Below are positions 46,889 to 56,142 of a DNA stretch of 64,000 nt, piece after piece. A program made the position numbers and the translations under genes. A model generated the notes under the pieces. That model did not search any database, was not told the DNA's origin, and saw nothing but the letters and a program-made list of their open reading frames with translations. Numbering within the stretch: the stretch's first letter is position 1; each line of letters starts with the position of its first letter. The DNA is from an uncultured Collinsella sp. (GTDB taxonomy: Bacteria; Actinomycetota; Coriobacteriia; Coriobacteriales; Coriobacteriaceae), in contig CATXWM010000007.1 of the NCBI GenBank assembly GCA_958403205.1, positions 3,613 through 67,612 of the forward strand, given 5' to 3'.

Positions 46889-47689
46889 GTGGGATTTCGC
46901 GACGTTAAGCGTTCTAAGAGCGCAAAAGACACGCGTATCATTGCAATCATCAATCAAAAAGGCGGCGTCGGTAAGTCAACGACGGCTGTAAACCTTGCAG
47001 CAGCACTGGGTGAGCAGGGTCGTAAGACACTGATTGTCGATTTTGATCCGCAGGGAAACAGCACCAGTGGATTCGGAATTGAAAAAGAAGACCTTGATCA
47101 CTGCATCTATGATGCATTGTTGAATGATGTGCCGGCAGAATCGCTTGTTCTTGATACAAATTGTAAAAAGGTATTCGTTATTCCGGCTACAATTCAACTT
47201 GCAGGCGCGGAAATTGAGCTCGTAAGCGCAATTGCTCGTGAAACCCGCCTCAAAGATTTGCTTGAGCCGATTCAGGACGAGTTTGACTTTATTTTCATTG
47301 ACTGTCCTCCTTCGCTCGGCCTGCTTACTATCAACGCTTTGACCGCAGCAGACAGTGTTTTGATTCCGATCCAGTGCGAATATTACGCACTCGAGGGCGT
47401 TACGAAGCTGCTTGAGTCAATGAAGATGGTCAAATCACGGCTGAACAAGGGCTTAGACACCTATGGTGTGCTTATGACCATGTATGACTCGCGTACTTCA
47501 CTATCGAATCAGGTTGTTGAGGAGGTTCAATCGTACTTTGGTGATAAGGCGTTTAAGACGCTAATCCCCCGTACGGTTAAAATCTCCGAAGCTCCGTCTT
47601 TTGGAGAACCTGTAATTACCTATGCACCTCAAAATAAGGGTGCAAAAGCATATATGAACCTTGCAAAAGAGGTGATCAAGCGTGCCTAG
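46889..47689 (+). CDS. parA: Chromosome partitioning ATPase ParA/Soj
   Basis: NQKGGVGKST, DFDPQGN, IDCPPSLG, PIQCEYYALEG. Confidence 0.96.
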   Translation: MGFRDVKRSKSAKDTRIIAIINQKGGVGKSTTAVNLAAALGEQGRKTLIVDFDPQGNSTSGFGIEKEDLDHCIYDALLNDVPAESLVLDTNCKKVFVIPATIQLAGAEIELVSAIARETRLKDLLEPIQDEFDFIFIDCPPSLGLLTINALTAADSVLIPIQCEYYALEGVTKLLESMKMVKSRLNKGLDTYGVLMTMYDSRTSLSNQVVEEVQSYFGDKAFKTLIPRTVKISEAPSFGEPVITYAPQNKGAKAYMNLAKEVIKRA

Positions 47690-48587
47690 TGTAAAGAAAC
47701 GTGGCGGATTGGGACGTGGACTCAATGCTTTGGTCTCAGAGGCCGAGTATGAGACCGGCGGTTCGGCTGCATCGGCTTCAAATGCCGCATCTGAAACAAA
47801 ACTACCTATTGAGGATATCGTTCCCAACCCTAATCAGCCGCGAATTCACTTTAACGAAACTGAACTTCGCGAGTTGAGCGAGTCAATCCAAGAACATGGC
47901 GTTTTGCAGCCGCTTTTGGTTCGCAAGCATGGAAACGGCTATGAGATCATCGCTGGTGAGCGTCGTTACCAGGCGTCAAAGCTTGCTGGCCTTGAAGAAT
48001 TGCCAGTCATCATTAAAGAGGTAAATGATGAAGAGATGCTGGCTCTTGCTCTTATCGAAAACCTTCAGCGTTCTGATCTGAATCCCGTCGAAGAGGCTAA
48101 GGGCTATCGCCAACTCATTGATGCCAGCGGGATGACCCAGGAGGCATTGTCGAAGGCAGTAAGCAAGTCACGCTCTGCAATTACAAACTCGCTGCGTCTT
48201 CTCGATCTCCCCGAAGTAGTTCAGCAGATGATTTTTGAGGGCAAACTTACTGCTGGTCATGCACGTGCGATTCTTGCAGTTCCCTATGAGGACGCGCGTA
48301 TTCGACTAGCAGAGAAAGTTGTTACAGAGGGCCTTTCCGTAAGAGCGACAGAAAATCTTGCTCCGTTGTTTTCTGCCGGAGAGACACCTAAGACGCCAAG
48401 GCCTGCAACGCCTCAGTCCTTTAAAAAGGCTGCCCGTGTGCTTCGTCAGGTATTTAATACCAACGTGCGTGTGAAGAGCTCGCGTGGAAAGAATAAGATT
48501 GAGATTGAGTTTAAAGACGAGGAAGAGCTCTCTCGTATTCTTGGCGAAATGATTCAGTTTGATCAAGGAGGCCAAGATGAGGAATAA
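47682..48587 (+). CDS. parB: Chromosome partitioning protein ParB/Spo0J
   Basis: GLGRGL, PNPNQPR, IIAGERRYQA, IENLQRSDLN, HTH SRSAITNSLRLL. Confidence 0.96.
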   Translation: MPSVKKRGGLGRGLNALVSEAEYETGGSAASASNAASETKLPIEDIVPNPNQPRIHFNETELRELSESIQEHGVLQPLLVRKHGNGYEIIAGERRYQASKLAGLEELPVIIKEVNDEEMLALALIENLQRSDLNPVEEAKGYRQLIDASGMTQEALSKAVSKSRSAITNSLRLLDLPEVVQQMIFEGKLTAGHARAILAVPYEDARIRLAEKVVTEGLSVRATENLAPLFSAGETPKTPRPATPQSFKKAARVLRQVFNTNVRVKSSRGKNKIEIEFKDEEELSRILGEMIQFDQGGQDEE

Positions 48588-48831
48588 GATTTTAACAGCG
48601 ATTGCATTGGTGACGACTGTCGCGGCTGGTGCCTTTGCTGGCTATAAGATCGCGACAGACGATGAACTTCGAGGTCGTTTGCTTCGTGGCGCGCAAGATA
48701 TTGTCGATACTTCCAAAAAGAAAATGGATGTTATGACGGAAGATGTTGCCATGCGTACTGCTCAGGTAACGAAGAATCCCAAGATTAATCAAGGTTGGGT
48801 AAGCAACCAATGGGAAAATGTAGGCTATTAG
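48577..48831 (+). CDS. Small hypothetical protein with N-terminal membrane anchor
   Basis: AGGAGG RBS, overlaps the parB end, hydrophobic N-terminus. Confidence 0.7.
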   Translation: MRNKILTAIALVTTVAAGAFAGYKIATDDELRGRLLRGAQDIVDTSKKKMDVMTEDVAMRTAQVTKNPKINQGWVSNQWENVGY

Positions 48832-48995
48832 GTACCTAACAATTACTTAGCATATTTTGATGGGTCCTTGTCTGATTCACGAGACAAGGACCCCTTATTT
48901 TGGCCGTAAAAATGGGACCAGTAGCAGCTGATTCAAAATTAAGGTCAATAAATGAAACGGCCACGGTTGCATATCCTGCAGCCGTGGCCGTTCGA

Positions 48996-49011
48996 TGTTT
49001 CACATGAAACG
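48996..49011. promoter_or_regulatory. parS site (variant)
   Basis: TGTTTCACATGAAACG in the intergenic region downstream of rlmN. Confidence 0.75.
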
Positions 49012-49029
49012 TTTTGGGGTGCGACTCCC

Positions 49030-50082
49030 CTATGCGTTCTTCTGAACTTTGAAGCGCTGCTTCAGCTGTCCGCAAGCGGCGTCAATATCGTTACCACGGG
49101 AGTTACGAATCGTGGTCTCGATGCCACGGGACTCAAGACGACGCTGAAGATCCTCAACCTTATGAATCGGCGACGGCTTGAGCGGACTGCCCTCGATGTC
49201 GTTAAGCTGAATCAGGTTAACGTGGCACAACGTTCCCTCGCAGAAGTCACAGAGCGCCTGCATCTCGGGATTCGTATCGTTAACGCCTTCGATCATGGCA
49301 TACTCATAGGTCGGGCGGCGGCCAGTCTTCTCGGTGTAGAGTTGAAGCGCCTCGTGAAGGCGAAGCAGCGTGTACTTCTTAACACCGGGCATGAGCTTAT
49401 TGCGCGTCGACTGAATGGCGGAATGCAGGGAAACGGCAAGCGTGAACTGCTCGGGGATATCGGCAAATTTGCGAATACCGGGAATAACGCCGCTGGTGGA
49501 GACGGTGAGGTGACGAGCACCGATACCAATGCCATCGGGGTCGTTGAGGATTCGCAGCGCCTTGAGAACCTCATCGTAGTTGGCAAACGGCTCGCCCTGG
49601 CCCATGAAGACAACGCTCGTGGCACGCTCGCCAAAGTCGTTAGATACATGAAGCACCTGGTCGACGATCTCTTGAGCGGTCAGCGAGCGCTTGAGGCCGT
49701 TGAGACCGGTAGCACAAAAGGCGCAGCCCATGCCGCAGCCTGCCTGGGTGGAAACGCAGACGGAAAGCTTGTTACGACGTGGCATGCCGACAGTTTCGAC
49801 GGAAATGCCGTCGTGGTACTCGAGCAGATACTTGCGAGAGCCATCTTTGGAAACCTGCTTGGTGAGTTCAGTCGGCGTGTCAAAGGCAAAAGCCTCTTTA
49901 AGCTGCTCGCGGAAAGCCTTGGGAAGGTTGGTCATATCGTCAAACGAACAAACGTTCTTCTCAAAGACCCATTCGATGAGCTGCTTCGCGCGGAAGGCGG
50001 GCTGGCCAAGTTCGGCCACGAGCTCGCGAATATCGTTTTGGCTCAAGTCGCGAATGTCCTGAGATTTAGTCCTGGGATTCAT
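49030..50082 (-). CDS. rlmN: 23S rRNA m2A2503 methyltransferase RlmN (radical SAM)
   Basis: CVSTQAGCGMGCAFCATG, FMGQGEP, LAVSLHS, DIDAACGQL. Confidence 0.96.
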   Translation of the reverse strand: MNPRTKSQDIRDLSQNDIRELVAELGQPAFRAKQLIEWVFEKNVCSFDDMTNLPKAFREQLKEAFAFDTPTELTKQVSKDGSRKYLLEYHDGISVETVGMPRRNKLSVCVSTQAGCGMGCAFCATGLNGLKRSLTAQEIVDQVLHVSNDFGERATSVVFMGQGEPFANYDEVLKALRILNDPDGIGIGARHLTVSTSGVIPGIRKFADIPEQFTLAVSLHSAIQSTRNKLMPGVKKYTLLRLHEALQLYTEKTGRRPTYEYAMIEGVNDTNPEMQALCDFCEGTLCHVNLIQLNDIEGSPLKPSPIHKVEDLQRRLESRGIETTIRNSRGNDIDAACGQLKQRFKVQKNA

Positions 50083-50167
50083 GGAAGCCTTTCGATTTTG
50101 GGGAAACGTAGAGGGTATCGCTACAATATGGTATCAGCTGCAGAAATTATAGAGGAGGAGTCTGCCC

Positions 50168-51133
50168 ATGCCGGGTAAAAGCCTAGAGAACATGCACGTA
50201 GCGGTCTTGGCGGGCGGTCATTCCGCTGAGCGCGAGATCTCGCTCAGTTCGGGAAAGAACGTTGTGGCGGCACTGAAGGAGGCCGGCTACACCTCGGTGG
50301 AGCTGCTCGACACGGCTGCCGATGATTTTATGGTAACCATGGCGACCGGCGGCTTTGACGTGGCGTTTATCGCCATGCACGGTGCCGGCGGCGAGGATGG
50401 CGCCATGCAGGGCGCCATGGAGACCCTGGGTATCCCCTACACGGCCTCGGGCGTGCTTGCCAGCGCCTGCGGTGCCGACAAGGAGGTCTCTAAGCTCCTG
50501 TACGCCAAGGCGGGCATTCCTGTTGCCCCCGGCCTTGCGCTCGAGGTGGGCGATGAAGTCGATATCGATCATATCGTCGAGGTTTGTGGCGAGCGCTGCT
50601 TTGTGAAGCCGGCCGTCAACGGTTCCAGCTATGGCATTTCCCTGGTCCATGAGCCCTCCGAGCTGCCCGCGGCAATCGCCAAGGCGTTTGAGTACGGCGA
50701 CAAAGTGCTGGTCGAGAAGTGCATCGAGGGTACCGAGATCACCGTCGGCGTATACGGCGAAGATGACGTGCGCGCTCTGCCGATCGTTGAGATCCGTAAG
50801 CCCGAGGACTGCGAGTTCTACGATCTGGACGTAAAGTATGTCGACCCTACGGACATCCATCGCATTCCGGCACAGATTTCGCCCGAGAACTACGCTCGTG
50901 CCCAGGAGCTCGCCTGTGCTGCCCATAAGGCACTCGGCTGCCTGGGTATCTCGCGCAGCGACTTTATCGTGAGCGAGGATGGCCCCGTTATCCTCGAGAC
51001 CAATACCATTCCCGGCATGACCGATACGTCGCTGTATCCGGATGAGATCCGCCACACCGACGACATGACGTTCCCGCAGGTCTGTGACAGTCTGATTCGT
51101 ATGGGACTTCGTCGAGCGGGCGTTGCATGCTAA
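50168..51133 (+). CDS. ddl: D-alanine--D-alanine ligase
   Basis: GGHSAEREISL, HGAGGEDG, VKP..GSSYG, LETNTIPGMT. Confidence 0.95.
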   Translation: MPGKSLENMHVAVLAGGHSAEREISLSSGKNVVAALKEAGYTSVELLDTAADDFMVTMATGGFDVAFIAMHGAGGEDGAMQGAMETLGIPYTASGVLASACGADKEVSKLLYAKAGIPVAPGLALEVGDEVDIDHIVEVCGERCFVKPAVNGSSYGISLVHEPSELPAAIAKAFEYGDKVLVEKCIEGTEITVGVYGEDDVRALPIVEIRKPEDCEFYDLDVKYVDPTDIHRIPAQISPENYARAQELACAAHKALGCLGISRSDFIVSEDGPVILETNTIPGMTDTSLYPDEIRHTDDMTFPQVCDSLIRMGLRRAGVAC

Positions 51134-54021
51134 TCGAGGACGCTGTTTCGTCGGGAACGCCGCAGTTTGTCATCGATTCCTATGCCACGCTTGCCGAGCG
51201 CGCCAAAACCCAATCGTTTGGTCTCATCGAGGAAGATGTTATCGTCCTCGATACCGAGACCACGGGTCTTTCGGTGCAGGACAACGAGCTTATCGAGATA
51301 TCGGCGGCCCGCCTTTCCGGCCGCGAGGTTGTCGATCGGTTTGATACCTTCGTGCATCCCAAGCAGCTGATTCCCGCCGAGATTACCGAACTCACGAGCA
51401 TTACAAACGCCGATGTGGTGGATGCCCCATCGGCCGTCGATGCCGTGGCTGCTCTCGCCGATTTTGTCGGCGGCTGCCCGGTGATTGCGCATAACGCCAC
51501 CTTCGACCGTTCGTTTATCGAGTCGGTCAAGGGCGGTGTCAACGTCAGCGACATCTGGATCGATTCGCTGGCACTGTCGCGCATCGCACTTCCGCGCCTG
51601 GCCTCGCACAAGCTGTCTTTCATGGCCGACCTGTTTGGCTGCGACTCGGTGTCGCACCGCGCCAACGCCGATGTCGACGCCCTGTGTGGTGTTTGGCGCG
51701 TGCTGCTCGTGGCGCTTACCGACTTGCCTCAGGGCTTAATGGCGCGCCTGGCCGACATGCACCCCGACGTACCCTGGTCCTATCGTCCCATCTTCTCGTT
51801 CTTGGCGGGACAGAACCCCGGTTCCATCTTCTCTCTCAGCGCCGCCCGCGCCGACGTACTCAAGGCCGATCGGGCCGATGATCGCGTTGATGCGGACGAG
51901 CTACCGGTCCTTAAGATGCCGAGTCGCGAGGAAATCGAGGTGGACTATGCCCCGGGCGGCCTGGTTAATCGCATGTATCCCACGTACGAGCCGCGCGATG
52001 AGCAGATCGCGATGGCGCTCGAGGTCCGTGACGCACTCGTTACGGGAACGCATCGCGTGATTGAGGCGGGCACAGGCGTCGGCAAATCGATGGCTTACCT
52101 GGTGCCTTTTGCCGAGGCCGCGCGCCGCAACAACATTACGGTTGGTATCGCGACTAAATCGAATAATCTTGCGGACCAGCTCATGTATCATGAGCTGCCC
52201 AAACTTGCCGAGCAGCTGGACGGAGGCCTATCGTTTTGCGCCCTCAAGGGCTATGACCACTATCCATGCTTGCGCAAACTTGAGCGCATGAGCCGCGGCC
52301 AAGTCGAAATTACGACCAAGCGTGATCCTGCCGACACGCTTACGGCAGTCGCGGTCATCATGGCGTACGTGTGTCAGTCGGCCGATGGCGACCTCGACTC
52401 GCTCGGCATTCGCTGGCGCAGCGTCAACCGTCCCGACTTTACGACGGCGTCGCGCGAGTGCGCCCGTCGCCTATGCCCGTTTTTCCCCGATAAATGCCTC
52501 GTCCACGGCGCCCGCCGTCGCGCGGCGCATGCCGATGTGGTGGTCACCAACCATTCCCTGCTGTTCCGCAATGTCGCGGCCGAGGGCAGAATCTTGCCTC
52601 CGATTCGTCACTGGGTGATCGATGAGGCCCACTCCATCGAGCGCGAGGCGCGCCGTCAATGGGCGCGCGTGGTGTCGGCGGATGAATCGCGCGTTCTGTT
52701 TGAGCGCCTGGGTGGCTCGAGCACCGGTGCGCTGAGCCAGGTTTCCCGCGATTTGGCAACCTCGGAGGGCTCTACGCTTTACCTGGGTCTTACCGCCAAG
52801 GCGACGTCGACGGTTGTGCGTGCGAGTACGGCGATTGCCGATGTGTTTGACGGCGTTCGCGAGCTTGGCCGCCGTGCGCGCGGGGGCTATGACAATGCGA
52901 ACCTATGGATTGGCCCCGAGCTGCGCGAATCTGACGACTGGCATGATTTCTTACCGTCGGCCTACACTGCCATCGACGCATTGGAACAAGCTGACAAGAG
53001 CGTCGACGCGCTGGTGCAAGCCGTCGCCGCCGACAAGCCCGAGGTTGTTGTCGACTTGGGTGATATCTCGCGCCGCCTGCACGAGCTGGCCGAGAACCTC
53101 AAACTCATCATTGATGGCGCCGATGAACACTACGTGTATTCGCTGCAGGTCAATCGCAGGTTGCGTGCCGGCGGAGAGTCAATGACCGCAGAGCGCATCG
53201 ACATTGGCGAGGCCTTGGCAACCGAGTGGCTGCCCGAGGTTCACACGGCTATCTTTGCCTCGGCGACCATGACGGTGTCCAAAAGCTTTGAACACTTTAA
53301 CCACGCGGTCGGCCTCGATCGCATCGGTGCTTCAACATCCTCATCGTTGCACTTGGACTCGAGCTACGACTTCGATTCGAACATGGCTGTAGTCGTTGCG
53401 GGCGATATCCCCGATCCGCGCGATCGTGAGAGCTATCTTACAGCGCTCGAGCGCGTGCTGGTCGACGCCCATCTTGCCATGGGCGGATCGGTGCTCACAC
53501 TGTTCACCAATCGGCGCGACATGGAAGACCTGTACGCCCGCGTTGAGCCTAAGATGGCCCGTGCGGGTCTGGAGCTCAACTGCCAGCAGCGCAACTCATC
53601 TCCTCGTCGCCTGCGCGACCGGTTTATCAACGAGCCGACCTCGTCGCTTTTTGCCCTTAAGGCCTTCTGGGAGGGATTCGACGCCAGCGGCGAGACGCTG
53701 CGCTGCGTCATCATTCCCAAGCTGCCGTTCTCGAGTCCCACGGACCCGCTCTCGTGCGAGCGCAACCTGCGCGAAGACCGCGCTTGGGCGCGCTATTCGC
53801 TGCCCGAGGCGGTGCTCGAGGTCAAGCAGGCGGCCGGCCGCCTTATCCGCTCGTCGACCGATTGCGGCGTGCTGATTCTGGCCGACCCGCGCCTGGTGAC
53901 GAAGGGCTACGGAAAGAAGTTCTTAACGTCGCTGCCCACGAGCTCCTACCAGCGCATCGAATCGGCGCAGATCGGGCACTATCTGCAACTGTGGCGTGCA
54001 CGCCACGAGCGGCGGCGCTAA
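51127..54021 (+). CDS. dinG: DnaQ-like 3'-5' exonuclease fused to a DinG-family helicase
   Basis: DEDDh: LDTETTG, HNATFD, HRANAD; Walker A EAGTGVGKS, DEAH, SATM, FWEGFD, QAAGRLIR. Confidence 0.92.
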   Translation: MLIEDAVSSGTPQFVIDSYATLAERAKTQSFGLIEEDVIVLDTETTGLSVQDNELIEISAARLSGREVVDRFDTFVHPKQLIPAEITELTSITNADVVDAPSAVDAVAALADFVGGCPVIAHNATFDRSFIESVKGGVNVSDIWIDSLALSRIALPRLASHKLSFMADLFGCDSVSHRANADVDALCGVWRVLLVALTDLPQGLMARLADMHPDVPWSYRPIFSFLAGQNPGSIFSLSAARADVLKADRADDRVDADELPVLKMPSREEIEVDYAPGGLVNRMYPTYEPRDEQIAMALEVRDALVTGTHRVIEAGTGVGKSMAYLVPFAEAARRNNITVGIATKSNNLADQLMYHELPKLAEQLDGGLSFCALKGYDHYPCLRKLERMSRGQVEITTKRDPADTLTAVAVIMAYVCQSADGDLDSLGIRWRSVNRPDFTTASRECARRLCPFFPDKCLVHGARRRAAHADVVVTNHSLLFRNVAAEGRILPPIRHWVIDEAHSIEREARRQWARVVSADESRVLFERLGGSSTGALSQVSRDLATSEGSTLYLGLTAKATSTVVRASTAIADVFDGVRELGRRARGGYDNANLWIGPELRESDDWHDFLPSAYTAIDALEQADKSVDALVQAVAADKPEVVVDLGDISRRLHELAENLKLIIDGADEHYVYSLQVNRRLRAGGESMTAERIDIGEALATEWLPEVHTAIFASATMTVSKSFEHFNHAVGLDRIGASTSSSLHLDSSYDFDSNMAVVVAGDIPDPRDRESYLTALERVLVDAHLAMGGSVLTLFTNRRDMEDLYARVEPKMARAGLELNCQQRNSSPRRLRDRFINEPTSSLFALKAFWEGFDASGETLRCVIIPKLPFSSPTDPLSCERNLREDRAWARYSLPEAVLEVKQAAGRLIRSSTDCGVLILADPRLVTKGYGKKFLTSLPTSSYQRIESAQIGHYLQLWRARHERRR

Positions 54022-54935
54022 AACGGACAGACGAGGGTTTTTGCCATATCGCACAGACGCTTTGACAGGGCGGGGTCATCCAAGATGCGGATGGCTCCGC
54101 CCGCTGCGATTATCTGGCTCAGTAGCCAACGCTCGGAGCCGTAATGCACGGTTACCGTTGCCATGTCTGCCCCGCTGCGCTCGATTAGGGTGATGCCGGC
54201 CCAGTCCAGATACTCCGCCATATCGAATGGCATCAAGAGCTTTGCGCTACGCTGCGTCCGAGCAAGGGAATCGTGGAGGGATGTGACGTCCGGTGCATGA
54301 GGCACGACGGAGTCTTCCGTCAAGGCGAGTCCCTCGATTTTATCCATGCGATAGGTGCGCTGCTCATCGACCGCGATGTCCCAGGCAATCAGGTATGTTT
54401 GGTCGCCGTTTGCCGTAATGCGCAAGGGGTCGACCAGACGCTCACGTGGCCGTGCATCGTCCATCGAGCGATACGAGATGCGGCAGCGAACGCCGTCCTG
54501 AATGGCGCAGCTCAGCTGCTGCCAGTGCGACCCGTGGTTGACGGTGTCAAAGACGCGCTGGTTATAGCCGAGCTCTTCGGGTAGAAGGGCATGTCGAATC
54601 CGAGCTGCCGTATGCGGCTCGATCCCCAACGATTCAAGTTCATGGTTGAGCACAGCGCCCTCGGCGGCACTCAAGCGCAGCGGTAGCACACGCCCGGCGT
54701 CACCGGTGAGGACCACACGCTCGCCGCGGCATTCGCAGATGATGCGCGCGCCCGATTCTCGGTCCGCGAGCGTCGAGACGATCTCGAGAATCTCGTCGAG
54801 CGATACCCCTGTGATGTCAAAGCGACTGCAAATCTCGGTTCGTGTCATGCCGCTCTCGCCGGCGGCGTAGAGGGCCTCCATGATGTCGATGGCGCGCGAG
54901 AGTCTCTGCTCGCTGGTGAGTTTACGCACGGGCAT
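54018..54935 (-). CDS. WYL-domain transcriptional regulator, PafC-like
   Basis: N-terminal HTH, PLRLSAAE, ISYRS..ERLVDP..TYLIAWD..RTYRMDKI, C-terminal WCX-like WLLSQI. Confidence 0.85.
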   Translation of the reverse strand: MPVRKLTSEQRLSRAIDIMEALYAAGESGMTRTEICSRFDITGVSLDEILEIVSTLADRESGARIICECRGERVVLTGDAGRVLPLRLSAAEGAVLNHELESLGIEPHTAARIRHALLPEELGYNQRVFDTVNHGSHWQQLSCAIQDGVRCRISYRSMDDARPRERLVDPLRITANGDQTYLIAWDIAVDEQRTYRMDKIEGLALTEDSVVPHAPDVTSLHDSLARTQRSAKLLMPFDMAEYLDWAGITLIERSGADMATVTVHYGSERWLLSQIIAAGGAIRILDDPALSKRLCDMAKTLVCPF

Positions 54936-55944
54936 ACTCGTGCACCGTCCTTTCGATGAGGTGGTTCCACGCCTGCTTGAGCGATTTGGGGGCCATGGGC
55001 CTCATGCCGTCCATGGCGTGGGCCATGCAAAATGAGGCGGCGGCTTCAAGATCGCGCACGTCAACGGTCCAGGCCCATCCCACATCGGTGTGTGCGAGCT
55101 CACCTCGCCCGCGCGTGAGGCCGTTGATCATATCGATCTGTGTCTGAGGGGCGAACGAGAACGTGGCTGCAACGGGCGGCCGGTCGGCAAAATCGAATTC
55201 AAAGAACAGATAGTCGTTGAGATTGAAGTCCGCGGGGATGACGTAGGCCTTCGAAGGACGCCAAGCGCGAACGATACGGTCGCAGCGGAATGTCCTGATG
55301 TCGCCGGTGACGTTGTCGAGGCCGCAGAAGTACGCCACGCCCTCGCGCTCGAACATGCCGTAGACGCAGACGGTACGTTCTTTCTGCTCACCGCGTCCGT
55401 TCTGATATAAAAATCGCAGCGCGCATCGCTCGGCAAAGGCGCTCCATACCGCATCGACGGTGGGAGAGCGGCGGATCGGTGCTTCGTCCACCGTCGTCCT
55501 ACCGGTGAGGTAGGCAATCTTGGAGCGAATATCGGCAAGCGGTGCGGCAAAAGTGGATGAGCCGGCCGCTAGTGTCTGGTCGATGGCGTTGAGCAGGATA
55601 TCGGCGTCGTCTGCGGTGATGAGGCCGCCTGCTGCAAAGGTGTGCTCGCGGTCGATTGTCCACGAGCTTTCCTCGGTCTCCTGTGCACCGGCGGGGCGAA
55701 CCTCCTTGATTAAGATGCCACGCTCGAGCAGTTTGTCACGATCGCGTCGAAACTTGCGCTTATCCGAGTCGATGTTGCCCGAGTCATATCCCAGGTCAGA
55801 ATCCAAGACGATCTGCTCGGTCGTCAGCGGTTCGGGGGAGCTGTTGAGCACAAAGAAAAGATTGAGGATGCGCTGAGCCGTTTTATCGAAACCGGGCTCC
55901 GAATTCCCCTTTTTAATTGCCTCGGTCGTGTCGCTTGCCGTCAT
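54922..55944 (-). CDS. WYL-domain transcriptional regulator, PafB-like
   Basis: QRILNL..PLTTEQI..RKFRRDRDKL.E.GI HTH; ERTVCVYG..AYFCGLD..IRTFRCDRI. Confidence 0.85.
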   Translation of the reverse strand: MTASDTTEAIKKGNSEPGFDKTAQRILNLFFVLNSSPEPLTTEQIVLDSDLGYDSGNIDSDKRKFRRDRDKLLERGILIKEVRPAGAQETEESSWTIDREHTFAAGGLITADDADILLNAIDQTLAAGSSTFAAPLADIRSKIAYLTGRTTVDEAPIRRSPTVDAVWSAFAERCALRFLYQNGRGEQKERTVCVYGMFEREGVAYFCGLDNVTGDIRTFRCDRIVRAWRPSKAYVIPADFNLNDYLFFEFDFADRPPVAATFSFAPQTQIDMINGLTRGRGELAHTDVGWAWTVDVRDLEAAASFCMAHAMDGMRPMAPKSLKQAWNHLIERTVHEYARA

Positions 55945-56142
55945 AGAGTCCTCGCATGAGAAGGTGGTTTGCTGCCATGATTTTAGTCCGATATGGAGAT
56001 TAGGCTATATCCTTGTCCGCTCGGGGCGTTAAGATGGGCCGAATTCGGTCGTTTGCGCTCGCTCGGGGTATACTTTCGACTATATACGGTTCTAATGTGC
56101 ATGCATTGGGCCTATTTGTCGGATTATGGATGTGGAGCGCAC

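Noticed and set aside
51127..55944. Type IV CRISPR (CasDinG) or other defence island suggested by DinG plus WYL
   Set aside because: No cas genes or array; host-like composition; dinG is coupled to the housekeeping gene ddl.
56117..56138. PafBC-type promoter (TGTCGG) upstream of the M28-like gene
   Set aside because: TGTCGG is present but the required TA-N3-T ten bases downstream is absent.
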